Program-made: the position numbers and the translations under genes
Shown: one piece after another, positions 53,680 to 63,709 of the stretch
Layout of the letters: each line of letters opens with the position of its first letter
Position numbering within the stretch: the stretch's first letter is position 1
The notes under the pieces: model-generated
The model's database searches: none
The model's input: only the letters and a program-made list of their open reading frames with translations
Told to the model about the DNA's origin: nothing
NCBI GenBank assembly: GCA_965228345.1
Contig: CBDDHH010000004.1
Coordinates: forward strand, 458,983-522,982
Direction of reading: 5' to 3'
Length of the DNA: 64,000 nucleotides
Origin: Alphaproteobacteria bacterium
GTDB lineage: Bacteria > Pseudomonadota > Alphaproteobacteria > UBA7985

Positions 53680-55821
53680 CTAGCCCTTACCTCGCCACGG
53701 AATGGTTTTGGTGATAACCCAGCGCATGAGCAGATCGAGCGCGAAGCCAAGCATGCCCATGATTAGAATCGTGACCCAAATGGTCGTATAGTCCTGGGTT
53801 TTGGAGGCCACGTTTTCGACGAAGCCAATGCCCGTTTCTCCCGCCAGCAGCTCCGCCGCGACCAAGGTACCCCAGCAAACGCCGATGGCGATCCGGATCC
53901 CGGTGAGGATTTCGGGCATAGCGTTGGGCAGAATGACCTGCCGCAAAATCTGCCCTTGAGTTGCGCCGAGTGAGTGGGAGGCTCGGATCTTTGACAGCTG
54001 GGTCGAAATCGCGCCCGTGCGCGCCGAGATGATCATGATGGCGAGGGCAACCATGAACAGCAGAGTGATCTTTCCCGCATCCCCCAACCCGATCGCCGTC
54101 AAGATTAGCGGCGCCCACGCGAGCGGCGGGATCGGTCGATAAAGTTCGATTAAGGGATCAAAGTAAGATTTGAAGAACCGCGAGGCCCCCATCATGATGC
54201 CGAGCGGAACACCAATACCTATGCCCAACACCATGGCCACCAAAACCCGATAGAGCGAATCCCAGACGTGCCCATCGAGCATGGGGACGTAACCCAAGTT
54301 CACATCCCCCTGGACCAAGGCCAAGAGGCGCGATTTGAAATTGTGCTGAAATGTGCCATCGGTCGCGTGTCGGGGATAAGGCCCAGGCACCAGGTCAACC
54401 AAACCATCGGGAACAAGGGGCGCCACCACATCGGAAACGGGCAACCATTTGACCCACAAGAGGCGGACCCCCTTCATACCGCCGGGACGGAACGGCTGAC
54501 CCGTCGCGGCGTTAAGGGCCTTAGCATCGGAATTGAGGTGGATATTGGCCATTTCGCCAAAGCGCGCTACCACGTCCAGAGGCTTGGGCAACCAGCGGCC
54601 CGAGCCGAATTCGGTGCAGACGGTTGAAGTGCGCTCAATCGTATCGGTGGGCAACAGGACGGTATCGATGTACCACAGCCCCCCTTGGGCAACAGCGGAC
54701 GCGGAGGCCAGCGCTGCCATGGCATCTTGAATGGGGTCCAGCGCTGTCGGTGGGAAAATCGTCCCCCGGGCGAGGGCACGTGACCGCCCCTCAAGTTTAC
54801 GAATGATGCGCGTGCGGGCCGCGCTGCCTGTATCGTCAAAGGCAGCAAATTCCGCCTTGAGTGCCCTGAGGTCGTCCTTCAAAGCGTTGATGCGGGTTTC
54901 CCGATCGGGGGTGAGGTTTTGGATCCGCTGAAAATCCCTAGTCAGAACCTCCACGTCTCCCGCCACCGCAAGAAACAGGGCCCCACGCGGCGTCGTCGGG
55001 GCAAAGGGAATTTCGCGCGTTGCTTCCTCGGCAACGCCCCACGCGGCTTGAGCGCGGTTGGCGGCCAGGGTATCGGCATCGATCATGGCTGGGTGATGGC
55101 CGGCGCGCAAGTCAGCCGCGGCTTGGGTCAGGCCCGTGGCGACCGCCGCGATTTCTGCCACGACGTGCGGGGCCAAAGCGGCAGGGTCCGACAAGTCTGC
55201 GAGGAGAGCCGCTACATCGGTGGTTAGAGCGTCAAGTTGCTGGCGATGAACGTCGCTCAAATCGATTTGCGCACCTAAGGCTTCAACCTCGTCGAGTTCC
55301 CCATGCGTTGCTCGAATGACCGATGTACCGAGGAAATAGCGCGGCGGCAAGGCCCCACCGATGGGGCGCATGGCCGTGTTCAGAGTTGCGACCTGGCAAA
55401 TCTCGTTCGCCGAGTTGGGAAAGAAGGCCCGCGCCGCCCCCCAAGAAAAATAGAACCACACCAAGGCAAGTGAGGTCAGGCCGCACACCATCCAATACCA
55501 TCCCCCCTTGGTCCGTTCGGGATCGCCGAAAATCTCGTCCTTGTCGCGAATCTTCGATTGACGCAGGCCGATCCCAATCGACCAGATGAGCAAACCCAGC
55601 AGCACTAGGATGATCCCCGCCGCAAAGCCGCCCCTATGGATCGACACCCAAGATAGAACGGGACCGATCAGATCCGCGTAACCGCGATAAAAGCCATGGA
55701 GGCCCGTCGCCAGGCTTGCGTAAAGGGTGGAAACGCCTCCCTGCAAAGGCGGGATCAAAATATAGAGACCCCAAACCGCCGCAAGGACATAGAGGACGTG
55801 ATGAAACTGTTGGCGACGCAT
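53680..55821 (-). CDS. NitT/TauT-family ABC transporter permease with ~450-aa N-terminal extension
   Basis: The C-terminal ~260 aa form a BPD-transporter permease core (TauC/SsuC-like). Residues 1-130 have about 4 TM segments. Residues 130-450 are Ala-rich and partly coiled-coil-like. Confidence 0.8.
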   Translation of the reverse strand: MRRQQFHHVLYVLAAVWGLYILIPPLQGGVSTLYASLATGLHGFYRGYADLIGPVLSWVSIHRGGFAAGIILVLLGLLIWSIGIGLRQSKIRDKDEIFGDPERTKGGWYWMVCGLTSLALVWFYFSWGAARAFFPNSANEICQVATLNTAMRPIGGALPPRYFLGTSVIRATHGELDEVEALGAQIDLSDVHRQQLDALTTDVAALLADLSDPAALAPHVVAEIAAVATGLTQAAADLRAGHHPAMIDADTLAANRAQAAWGVAEEATREIPFAPTTPRGALFLAVAGDVEVLTRDFQRIQNLTPDRETRINALKDDLRALKAEFAAFDDTGSAARTRIIRKLEGRSRALARGTIFPPTALDPIQDAMAALASASAVAQGGLWYIDTVLLPTDTIERTSTVCTEFGSGRWLPKPLDVVARFGEMANIHLNSDAKALNAATGQPFRPGGMKGVRLLWVKWLPVSDVVAPLVPDGLVDLVPGPYPRHATDGTFQHNFKSRLLALVQGDVNLGYVPMLDGHVWDSLYRVLVAMVLGIGIGVPLGIMMGASRFFKSYFDPLIELYRPIPPLAWAPLILTAIGLGDAGKITLLFMVALAIMIISARTGAISTQLSKIRASHSLGATQGQILRQVILPNAMPEILTGIRIAIGVCWGTLVAAELLAGETGIGFVENVASKTQDYTTIWVTILIMGMLGFALDLLMRWVITKTIPWRGKG

Positions 55822-55825
55822 GGAT

Positions 55826-56656
55826 CTAAGCCTTCCCCATGATTTCTTCCTCCATATCCCAAATCATGGAGAGGATTTCTTCACGGACCTGGCCAAACTG
55901 AGGGTCTTGCTTCACCTCGCGGAGAGATTTTTTCAAGCCCATATCGGCAAAGGGCAGGTTGTATTCCTTATGAAGGCGCCCAGGACGCGGCGCCATGACG
56001 AACAAGCGTTCGCCGAGCAACAGCGCCTCCTCAACGGAGTGGGTGATGATCATGATAGTTTTGCCTGTTTCTTTCCAAAGTTCCAGAACGAGCGACTGCA
56101 TCTTCTCCCGCGTCAGTGCATCAAGAGCCCCTAGAGGCTCATCCATCAAGATCAAATCGGGATCATTGATCAGACAACGAGCCAGGGCGACGCGTTGCTG
56201 CATGCCGCCCGAAAGCTGGTAAGTCGGTGTGCTTCCGAACCCTTGGAGCCCGACGATTTGCAACCATTTTTCTACCAGCGACTCGGTTTCCTCACGGCCC
56301 ATACCCTTCTGTCGTAAGCCAAAGTCGACGTTGCGCGCGACCGACAGCCATTCGAACAAGGCCCCTTGTTGGAAAACCATGCCGCGTTCGACCCCTGGAC
56401 CCTCGATAGGTGACTCGCCCAAGGCCAAGCCGCCACTGGTCGGATTGATAAAGCCCGCGATCAGATTCAAAAGCGTGGTCTTACCGCAGCCCGACGGACC
56501 GAGAACCGACAGCAACTCGCCCTTCTTTAGGGTGAACGTCACGTCCTTGAGCGCCTCAACCGCGTCCCCCGTCTGGGGATTGGTGAAAGTCATATTCAAG
56601 TCCTGAACCAGTAGATCAGCCATAGGAGACGCCGCACGTAAGGGGAGGGAAGACAA
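55826..56656 (-). CDS. NitT/TauT-family ABC transporter ATP-binding protein
   Basis: Walker A GPSGCGKTT, signature LSGGMQQRVALAR, Walker B ILMDEP. Confidence 0.9.
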   Translation of the reverse strand: MSSLPLRAASPMADLLVQDLNMTFTNPQTGDAVEALKDVTFTLKKGELLSVLGPSGCGKTTLLNLIAGFINPTSGGLALGESPIEGPGVERGMVFQQGALFEWLSVARNVDFGLRQKGMGREETESLVEKWLQIVGLQGFGSTPTYQLSGGMQQRVALARCLINDPDLILMDEPLGALDALTREKMQSLVLELWKETGKTIMIITHSVEEALLLGERLFVMAPRPGRLHKEYNLPFADMGLKKSLREVKQDPQFGQVREEILSMIWDMEEEIMGKA

Positions 56657-56727
56657 GGGACATAGAAAAAAGGCAGGCCTCGCAATAAGGCCTGCCTTCC
56701 ATAACTAAGGAAGCTTAAGCGGCGTGC

Positions 56728-57681
56728 TTACTCCAGGAACGAACCGTCGATGGTCGAGGCCAGCATCTCTGCATCGTCGGCCCCGAACACCAGTCCCAAG
56801 GACGCCGCAGCGGCAGCAGCGGTGCCGTCGGCGCCGAAGTAGTTGGCCAGTTGTGCCTCAACTGAAGGGAAGGCGAACTCGGACATCTGCGCCAGAGTCG
56901 TCTCTACGTCCATGCCCGCGTCCGCAGCGATGATGGCGATTTGCTCGTCAGATCCCGTGAAGGCCGCATTGGCCTCTGCGGTCACCGCGAGGAATTCACG
57001 AACCATATCGGGGTTTTCCGCCGCAAAAGCCTCGGTAACGGACACAACGTCAAAGGATTGGATCCCCGCCGCGGCCAGAGCCGCATTGTCCATGATGGCG
57101 GTTCCAACCTCGTCAGCCTTAGCTGCCGAGGCACCGCCAAAGATGCAGGCCATAGAGACCGCACCGTCGGCCAGGGCGACGGCGCCCGCTGCGGGCTCTT
57201 GGTCAACGACGTTCAGTGAATCGACATCGACGCCCAGGGCAGCCATCTGTTTGCGGAACGAGAAATCGGCCATGGTGTTCAAAGGCACGGCAACGGTAGT
57301 GCCCTCAAGATCGGCGGCGTTGTCTGCTGAGATTCCCAAGTCGTCAGCAACAAAGCACTTATTGGGCGGGTACTCCACGGCGATCGAGACCATTTTCAAC
57401 GGTGCGCCCGATGCGACTGCACTGACGAACGGGGCCAGACCCTGAGAGTAGGAAATATCGATTTCCCCCGCAATCATAGCTTCGGACATGGCGACGCCCG
57501 TATTGAAATTGGTCCAGTTGACGTCGGTTCCCATGGCGTCATCGTAGGCCTTTTCGACTTTTGCGATTTGGTTGGGTGTGGCCCATTCCAAGAAAAACGC
57601 CACATTGACACCGTGGCCGTCGGCCAAAGCCGTTCCTGAAGCTAGCGCCAAAACGGACGCCCCGAGAGTTAGTTTTTTCAT
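56728..57681 (-). CDS. NitT/TauT-family ABC substrate-binding protein (NMT1/TauA-like), secreted
   Basis: Signal peptide MKKLTLGASVLALASGTALA. SBP fold. Confidence 0.8.
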   Translation of the reverse strand: MKKLTLGASVLALASGTALADGHGVNVAFFLEWATPNQIAKVEKAYDDAMGTDVNWTNFNTGVAMSEAMIAGEIDISYSQGLAPFVSAVASGAPLKMVSIAVEYPPNKCFVADDLGISADNAADLEGTTVAVPLNTMADFSFRKQMAALGVDVDSLNVVDQEPAAGAVALADGAVSMACIFGGASAAKADEVGTAIMDNAALAAAGIQSFDVVSVTEAFAAENPDMVREFLAVTAEANAAFTGSDEQIAIIAADAGMDVETTLAQMSEFAFPSVEAQLANYFGADGTAAAAAASLGLVFGADDAEMLASTIDGSFLE

Positions 57682-57850
57682 GGTCTTAAGACCTCCTCTA
57701 TAGAAAATGAATGCGAGGAATCTTCCCGCACAGCACGAAGATCACGGCGACTTCCTCTTTCGTCTCCTTCCCCGTCACTTAAAAGCCCCTCTGGCACGAG
57801 AGCGGGGCCTTGTCCAGCAAGAGATCAGGTTTGTTGACCGCCTTGGGCGC

Positions 57851-58474
57851 TCAACCCACCTCGAACACCCATCCCTTATGTTTCACGTTTTGTTCCTCGC
57901 CGTAGGGAAACGTAGTGTGAGGCGCGGTTTCGTGTAAGCAGCGCCATTGGCCCGTATCGCTTAGGTGTTGGACATAGGCGGGGTAGGACGCCTCCAACCC
58001 CGCATCACAGCGCAAGGTGAATACGATTTTGCCACCTGACTGCGTTACCCGCACCAGTTCTTGAAAGCTGTGAGCGGGCGCATGGCCCTGGGTAATAGTG
58101 CCACAAGTCAGGGTCGCATGAAAGTGGTCATCCTTAAAGGGTAAGGCCTGGCCCATCTCACCTTGAACCAAGGATTCGTGCAAGCCCTTGCGCCGCGCTA
58201 CGGCGAGCATACCCGTCGAAAGATCAAGACCCGTGAACCCCCGAAACCCTGCTCCGTGCAGGGGTTCCATCTGCATGCCTGTCCCGCACCCTGCGTCCAA
58301 AAAAGGGCCTTGGCGTTCGGGAACGAAGGTGGCGAACAAGACCGCGCACAAGCCAGGTAAGGTATAGCCCTGCTTCAGCAGGTCGCGCTCATAGGCTTCG
58401 GCCCAGGTGTCGTAGGCGGCTTCCTGTTGCTGCGGGGAGGTTGCGGCATAAACCGCCTTGAGTTGTTCATCCAT
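57851..58474 (-). CDS. Class I SAM-dependent methyltransferase
   Basis: LDAGCGTG motif. Confidence 0.75.
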   Translation of the reverse strand: MDEQLKAVYAATSPQQQEAAYDTWAEAYERDLLKQGYTLPGLCAVLFATFVPERQGPFLDAGCGTGMQMEPLHGAGFRGFTGLDLSTGMLAVARRKGLHESLVQGEMGQALPFKDDHFHATLTCGTITQGHAPAHSFQELVRVTQSGGKIVFTLRCDAGLEASYPAYVQHLSDTGQWRCLHETAPHTTFPYGEEQNVKHKGWVFEVG

Positions 58475-58515
58475 AGGCTTTGCTCTTACTCTTATTTCGC
58501 CGAACGCCCCTGATC

Positions 58516-59604
58516 TTAGGAACAGTTCACCACAATTTTGCCCGTATGGCCCTTGCTCAAAAAGGCCTTTTGAGCGGCACAGAGATCTTTGAGCGCAAAG
58601 GTCTCGGCCAAGTATGGGCGAACTTGACCCATTTCGATCAGGCGCACCAGTCGGGCGAAGGTTCCCGGGGGCACGATGGTCGCGCCACTCAACTGCAGAT
58701 CCTTATAGATTAGATCGCGCAAATCGAAATCGACCTGGGATCCCGCGATTGCCCCGGAAGAGGCGTAGCGACCGCCCTGGCGCAAGGCCTTAATCAAAGG
58801 TCCAAATAAGCCTTGGCCCACCACGTCCAGAGCCACATCAACGGGACCGATCTCCTGCGCCAGCCCTGCGGACGCGCGATCAAGTACGCGGTCGGCACCC
58901 AGGGACAGGACTTGATCAACCTTAGCGGCTGCCGCAAGGGCCGTCACATGCGCACCCCTTAGCTTACACAGTTGTATCGCCATAGATCCCACGCCGCCTG
59001 AGGCGCCGGAAATCACTACCCGCTCGCCGGGGCGCAGGTGCGTCCGCCCAACCAAATTTTCCGCTGTTGACAAGGCGCATGGGAAGGCGGCCAATTCTTC
59101 GTCGCTCAACTCCGTTGCGATCGCATGGGCGTTCGCGCTGGGAATCACCATATACTGGGCAAAGCCGCCGTCGATCTCCGAACCCAAATAGCGCGCCTGG
59201 CTCGCATCCCAAAAGTTGCCTGCGGGCAAGAGCCAAGGGTCGCACAAGACCCGCGCGCCGAGACGCTCCTCATCAACCCGCGCGCCCACCGAAACAACGC
59301 GCCCAGCGACATCGGCGCCCTGAACACGAGGAAATGCCAGAGGAGACTCGCCCCAGGTGCCGTTGCTTATATCGACAGGGCAAAAACCTCCCGCGCCAGA
59401 AGCTGGCGTAATCGCTCCCGTGACCTCAGGCGCGTACCAGGCGATGCGGGTGTTGATGTCCGTATTGTTGAGGCCGCAGGCCCCCACCCTAATCAGAACC
59501 TCGTCCTCACCGGGAGTTGGTAAGGGGACGTCAGTACACCATTGTAGCCGATCAAAACCGCCATGGCCGGTCAGCACCATAGCGGACATGGTGGATTTAG
59601 TCAT
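58516..59604 (-). CDS. Zinc-type alcohol dehydrogenase / quinone oxidoreductase (MDR superfamily)
   Basis: GroES-like N-terminus and Rossmann VISGASGGVG. Confidence 0.8.
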   Translation of the reverse strand: MTKSTMSAMVLTGHGGFDRLQWCTDVPLPTPGEDEVLIRVGACGLNNTDINTRIAWYAPEVTGAITPASGAGGFCPVDISNGTWGESPLAFPRVQGADVAGRVVSVGARVDEERLGARVLCDPWLLPAGNFWDASQARYLGSEIDGGFAQYMVIPSANAHAIATELSDEELAAFPCALSTAENLVGRTHLRPGERVVISGASGGVGSMAIQLCKLRGAHVTALAAAAKVDQVLSLGADRVLDRASAGLAQEIGPVDVALDVVGQGLFGPLIKALRQGGRYASSGAIAGSQVDFDLRDLIYKDLQLSGATIVPPGTFARLVRLIEMGQVRPYLAETFALKDLCAAQKAFLSKGHTGKIVVNCS

Positions 59605-59679
59605 GCGCGGTTGTCCGCCTCGCCTTCATCATCTGCGCAATCAATGAACGCCCTGCTTCTTTGGTCATCCCAGCACGGC

Positions 59680-60030
59680 TCATGAGCCTTTCGCATTTTG
59701 CGCCTGCGGTGGCGCGCGCAAGGCAAGAAACAGGGGCAGTCCACACGATAGGCCGACGGTCCAAGTCAAGATTAGGGGAAGAACAAGCCACCACGCGCGG
59801 GTGCGGACCATCACAGTCGCTCCATAAAGACTAAAACAAAGCGCGGCCCACACAATGTCCGCAGCGACGGTTCGTGCCGCTGGGGTCGTCAATGCTTGGT
59901 CCATGAATAACCAAACGTGGCCCGCGTCCTCTAGGGCCCAGGGAAGAAACTGCGACAGGGGCAAAATGGCCCCAACGAGCGCCATGGCAAACCAAAAATA
60001 GCGGAAGGACAAGATCAAGGTCATGAACAT
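59680..60030 (-). CDS. Small hydrophobic membrane protein, hypothetical
   Basis: 116 aa with 3-4 predicted TM segments. Confidence 0.5.
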   Translation of the reverse strand: MFMTLILSFRYFWFAMALVGAILPLSQFLPWALEDAGHVWLFMDQALTTPAARTVAADIVWAALCFSLYGATVMVRTRAWWLVLPLILTWTVGLSCGLPLFLALRAPPQAQNAKGS

Positions 60031-60125
60031 GAACCTAGATCTTGTCCTTGATACGGCCAGGGGCGGAATTTGGATGGGTTCGGAGTCGAGCGAGCACGGG
60101 GAATATCCGCGCCAACATAAGGTGT

Positions 60126-60470
60126 GATACCTACGGCCAAAAAAGTTGACACGTTTCTTGCCGTTTTATGTCTCACAGCAGAAACGCTTCGCGTTTCGCC
60201 GCCGACCGGGCCTTCGCTCAGACTCCGAGGCGCTTTTTTAGCTTGTCTCGGGGCCGCGTGTTTTTGGCTCGGGCGTTCCCTGCACCTTTCGAGCTTGGAG
60301 CCCAACCCTTTCGTGCGCGGGCGTTCCCTGCGCCCTTCGAGCTTGGAGCCCAACCCTTTCGTGCGCGGGCGTTCCCTGCGCCCTTCGAGCTTGGAGCCCG
60401 CTTGGGAGGCCGCAGTCGCGGCCCTTATAACAGCGAACATAAAGAGTCACTCATAAGTGCCGCTGGTACA
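60126..60470 (+). repeat. MITE/REP-like repeat, empty copy with three 48-bp tandem units
   Basis: aaaaagttgac palindrome remnant, gtCTcacagcagaaacgcttcgcg, 3 x gggcgttccctgcgcccttcgagcttggagcccaaccctttcgtgcgc, ggccgcagtcgcggcc, and terminal hairpin ..cagcgaacataaagagtcactcataagtgccgctggtac. Confidence 0.7.
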
Positions 60471-61404
60471 AGAGGCCTCTGACTTTTGGGGCATGGCGAA
60501 GCAAGCTGTATCGCGCCTGAAACATCCGTCGCTGCACCCACTGCCGAAGTGGCGCAGCCTCAGAGGGACGATCAAAGGCCGTAGTCACTTGTCGATTACT
60601 CGTGAACAGTCGCCCGCATGCGTCAAATAAGGCGGTGCCGTGGCTGCCGTACCCTTGACGGGCCGCATCGAGGCTGATGAGCATATAGAACCATTCATCG
60701 CAGCTGTAACGAGCCTCCCTCTGTTCTAAGGTCATCATCCATGTCGCAGTGCTAGCAGGCGCTGGGGTGGAAAGCATGGCGAGTTGTGGGGGCAGATTGA
60801 TATCGCTGAGCAGCAACGCGACTTCTCCTGGCACCAGGTCCTCCAGGTCAAATTTTGGGCGAAAGGCCCAGACATGGTCGGTCACCGACGCGCCAACAAA
60901 GGGCTCGCCGTTGATGAGGGCACGGACTTGAAAATTCTGCAAGAATTCTGGGATCAAGCCCGTGACCTGGGGCACATCCGCACCACGGCTGCGGCGCTGG
61001 GCGAGGTCGGCCACCGCCGCGTCGGACAAGCGATGGCAAACATCAAGCTGCGAGGGGCGCGGTTGGCCTAAGGAAAACAGAATTTTTGTCGTGATCAGCG
61101 GCACCCCGTCTTGCTGTCCCCAGACACGCGCCTCAATCACAGAAGTGCCTTTGCCCACACGCAGGGGCTCGATTTCGACCTCAAACCCGGCCTCAGGCGC
61201 TGGCGCCAGAAAGACCACCTGGGCGCTCAGCAAGGGGCGGTCATGGCCCGCGAATAGCGCGGCGCGATAGGCGGCGGCGGCGACATAGCCACCGTACGTT
61301 GCAAAGCCCTGTCCCCAAGTCAAATCGGGCGATACCGCGAAGCGCCGAGGATCTGAAGTCGTAGCAACGTGGAGCATGTCAACGCCTCCATACCAGCCGA
61401 CCAA
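60451..61404 (-). CDS. Acyl-CoA thioesterase II-like (double hotdog) protein
   Basis: The last 6 codons (LYQRHL*) are encoded by the repeat terminal hairpin. The N-terminal start is uncertain; the alternative is MLHVATT. Confidence 0.65.
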   Translation of the reverse strand: MVGWYGGVDMLHVATTSDPRRFAVSPDLTWGQGFATYGGYVAAAAYRAALFAGHDRPLLSAQVVFLAPAPEAGFEVEIEPLRVGKGTSVIEARVWGQQDGVPLITTKILFSLGQPRPSQLDVCHRLSDAAVADLAQRRSRGADVPQVTGLIPEFLQNFQVRALINGEPFVGASVTDHVWAFRPKFDLEDLVPGEVALLLSDINLPPQLAMLSTPAPASTATWMMTLEQREARYSCDEWFYMLISLDAARQGYGSHGTALFDACGRLFTSNRQVTTAFDRPSEAAPLRQWVQRRMFQARYSLLRHAPKVRGLLYQRHL

Positions 61405-61587
61405 GGAAAGTCATGCGTTTTGGCGCGCGAGCATTGCGGAGAGAAGAATTGATAGATGACTAGGCGTTGCAGATGGCATAAGGATGCATCTTTGGTGGAG
61501 GAAGCTGCAGCGGCAGTTGGTGTCGTCTTCGTCGACGCAAGCGGAACCCTTTGCCTATGACCAACTCCTTCAAGCCAAATCCCACTA

Positions 61588-61631
61588 ATACCAACGGTCA
61601 TAAAAAGGTCACTTTTTATGACCGTTGGTAT
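61588..61631. repeat. Minimal 42-bp perfect palindrome of the repeat family (terminal inverted repeats only)
   Basis: taccaacggtcataaaaag gtca ctttttatgaccgttggta. It lies directly 3' of the dusA stop. Confidence 0.7.
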
Positions 61632-62542
61632 CATAAGACTCTCGCCCAGTCTTGAGGGATCTGATCCAGGGCCTTGGTGAGTGTTTCCCATCCTGCCCCA
61701 GGCCTAAAGGCCTGACCCGACAAGGCTCGCCGCCAGGCGCGCCCGCCTGGCAAACCGTTGAAAAGCCCAAGCATGGGCCGTGTTAAGGTCCCAAGGCGTA
61801 CGCCCGCCGCCAGTTGCTGGTCCACATAAGGACCAAGTGATTCAATGACGGCGTGTCGGGATTTGCGTCCGTCGGACAAGATCCAAGGGTTGGTATAGGC
61901 TGCCCGTCCCACCATGACCCCATCGACGCCTGGCACCGCGTCAAAGGTGGTGAGGCCGCCGTTCAAGATTAGTGTCAGATCTGGGCGGCGACGTTTCAGG
62001 CGCACAACCCGGTCGTGATCAAGCGGCGGAATGTTGCGGTTTTGCTTGGGCGATAGTCCATTCAGCCAGGCCTTGCGAGCATGAATGATGAAGTGGTTGA
62101 CACCACTTTGCGATACACAATCGATAAAGTGGTCCAAGTCCCCCTCACCGTCCTGTGCGTCAATCCCAATACGACACTTGACCGTGATGGGAATCGAAAC
62201 GGCCGACCTCATGGCAGCGCAAGCCGCCCGCACCTTTTCGGGCTCGGCCATTAGGCACGCCCCAAACCTGCCCGACTGCACCCGGTCGGAAGGGCAGCCA
62301 CAATTCAGATTGACTTCATCGTAACCCCACTGCTCGGCCAGCTGTGCCGCAAAGACCAGCTCCTCGGGATCGCAACCACCAAGTTGCAAAGCAAGAGGAT
62401 GCTCAATCGCGGAAAAATCCAGATGGCGCGCACGATCACCATAGCGCAAAGCCCCCGTCGTCACCATCTCACTATAGAGTCGAAGGTTGGCATTCAATGC
62501 ACGGTGAAACACCCGGCAGTGGCGATCTGTCCAGTCCATCAT
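61631..62542 (-). CDS. dusA: tRNA-dihydrouridine synthase DusA
   Basis: MMDWTDRHCRVFHR.. TIM-barrel Dus family. The start is set at Met40 of the track ORF. Confidence 0.8.
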   Translation of the reverse strand: MMDWTDRHCRVFHRALNANLRLYSEMVTTGALRYGDRARHLDFSAIEHPLALQLGGCDPEELVFAAQLAEQWGYDEVNLNCGCPSDRVQSGRFGACLMAEPEKVRAACAAMRSAVSIPITVKCRIGIDAQDGEGDLDHFIDCVSQSGVNHFIIHARKAWLNGLSPKQNRNIPPLDHDRVVRLKRRRPDLTLILNGGLTTFDAVPGVDGVMVGRAAYTNPWILSDGRKSRHAVIESLGPYVDQQLAAGVRLGTLTRPMLGLFNGLPGGRAWRRALSGQAFRPGAGWETLTKALDQIPQDWARVL

Positions 62543-62717
62543 GGGTGCAACGGAGTTTAAAGGAGACGAGGTCAAAGCCAGCCCAGAACCTCCACCCTGC
62601 CAACTGCCCCAAAACCGCCCATCTTCAATTTTTCTAAATCGACCTCCAAATCGATCCAACTTGGAAGCCGCCGCACGACGATCAATTGAGGGAGGATCGC
62701 CCTACGCTCAGTTCGGT

Positions 62718-62990
62718 CTATTCGGCAGCTTTGGCCTCGGGCAGCACAACCGAAATCAGCGATTTGCCCCTTTGCCCTACATGGAACCTGACCTGACCTT
62801 CCGCCGTTGCAAAAATCGTATGGTCTTTGCCCAATCCGACGTTTTTTCCAGGATGAAACTTCGTCCCGCGCTGGCGCACGATAATGTTCCCTGCCAGCAC
62901 ATGCTCGCCGCCAAACTTTTTCACGCCCAGACGTTTACTCTCGCTGTCGCGTCCATTGCGGGTACTGCCGCCTGCTTTCTTGGTTGCCAT
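62718..62990 (-). CDS. rpmA: 50S ribosomal protein L27
   Basis: [28 protein letters not shown].. Confidence 0.92.
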   Translation of the reverse strand: MATKKAGGSTRNGRDSESKRLGVKKFGGEHVLAGNIIVRQRGTKFHPGKNVGLGKDHTIFATAEGQVRFHVGQRGKSLISVVLPEAKAAE

Positions 62991-63157
62991 TTTGTTGGTC
63001 TCCTAATGCCGCGGGCCATCTGTAGCGACCCTGGGGTTATATTCAAACGCCATGTGGGCTGCTCTCCCACTTGCTCGCGCATCCTTTAAAAACTGAATTT
63101 TCAATTCGCTCGACTCTGTATTCGATACATGGGTCCTCCAGTCAATTTTTGTGACCT

Positions 63158-63709
63158 TTAGTCAATCGTACCTTCGTCAATCGCGTCTTTTTTGGGCTTC
63201 CTATTGGGTTTGATCTTCGCCATTGGTTCTCGATCCTTGGCTTGCTCTTCTGGAGACTTTTCGGCCGATGCCTCTTTTGTCTTCGGTTGCTTTACTGGAG
63301 CGCTGCCTAGACCCGAAGTATCGATGGATTGTTCCGGCTTCGCTGACGGGTCAGCGCCCGCCTTTGTTGGGGTTTTCTTCACGGATTTCTTGGATACGGA
63401 GCCGCCGATTCCAGTAATTTCAACGACTGTTTGGTATTGGCGATGCCCGTTTAAGCGACGAAAATTCTTACGACGCTTTCGGCGGAACACCAAAATTTTA
63501 CGACCGCGCTTTTGTTCAATGATTCTACCCTGAACAGACACTCCCACCAAGGTAGGGGTGCCAATTTCAATCGCATCTCCATCGCCCATCGAAAGCACTT
63601 GGTCAAAGGTAACGTCCGCTCCTTCCTCACCGACAAGACGTTCAATGACGATATGTTGACCGACTTCAACGCGGTATTGCTTGCCCCCACTGCGAATAAT
63701 AGCGCTCAT
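63158..63709 (-). CDS. rplU: 50S ribosomal protein L21 with Lys/Ala/Pro-rich C-terminal extension
   Basis: MSAIIRSGGKQYRVEVGQ.. The start is at ATG 63709. The 94-codon upstream extension in the track is rejected. Confidence 0.85.
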   Translation of the reverse strand: MSAIIRSGGKQYRVEVGQHIVIERLVGEEGADVTFDQVLSMGDGDAIEIGTPTLVGVSVQGRIIEQKRGRKILVFRRKRRKNFRRLNGHRQYQTVVEITGIGGSVSKKSVKKTPTKAGADPSAKPEQSIDTSGLGSAPVKQPKTKEASAEKSPEEQAKDREPMAKIKPNRKPKKDAIDEGTID

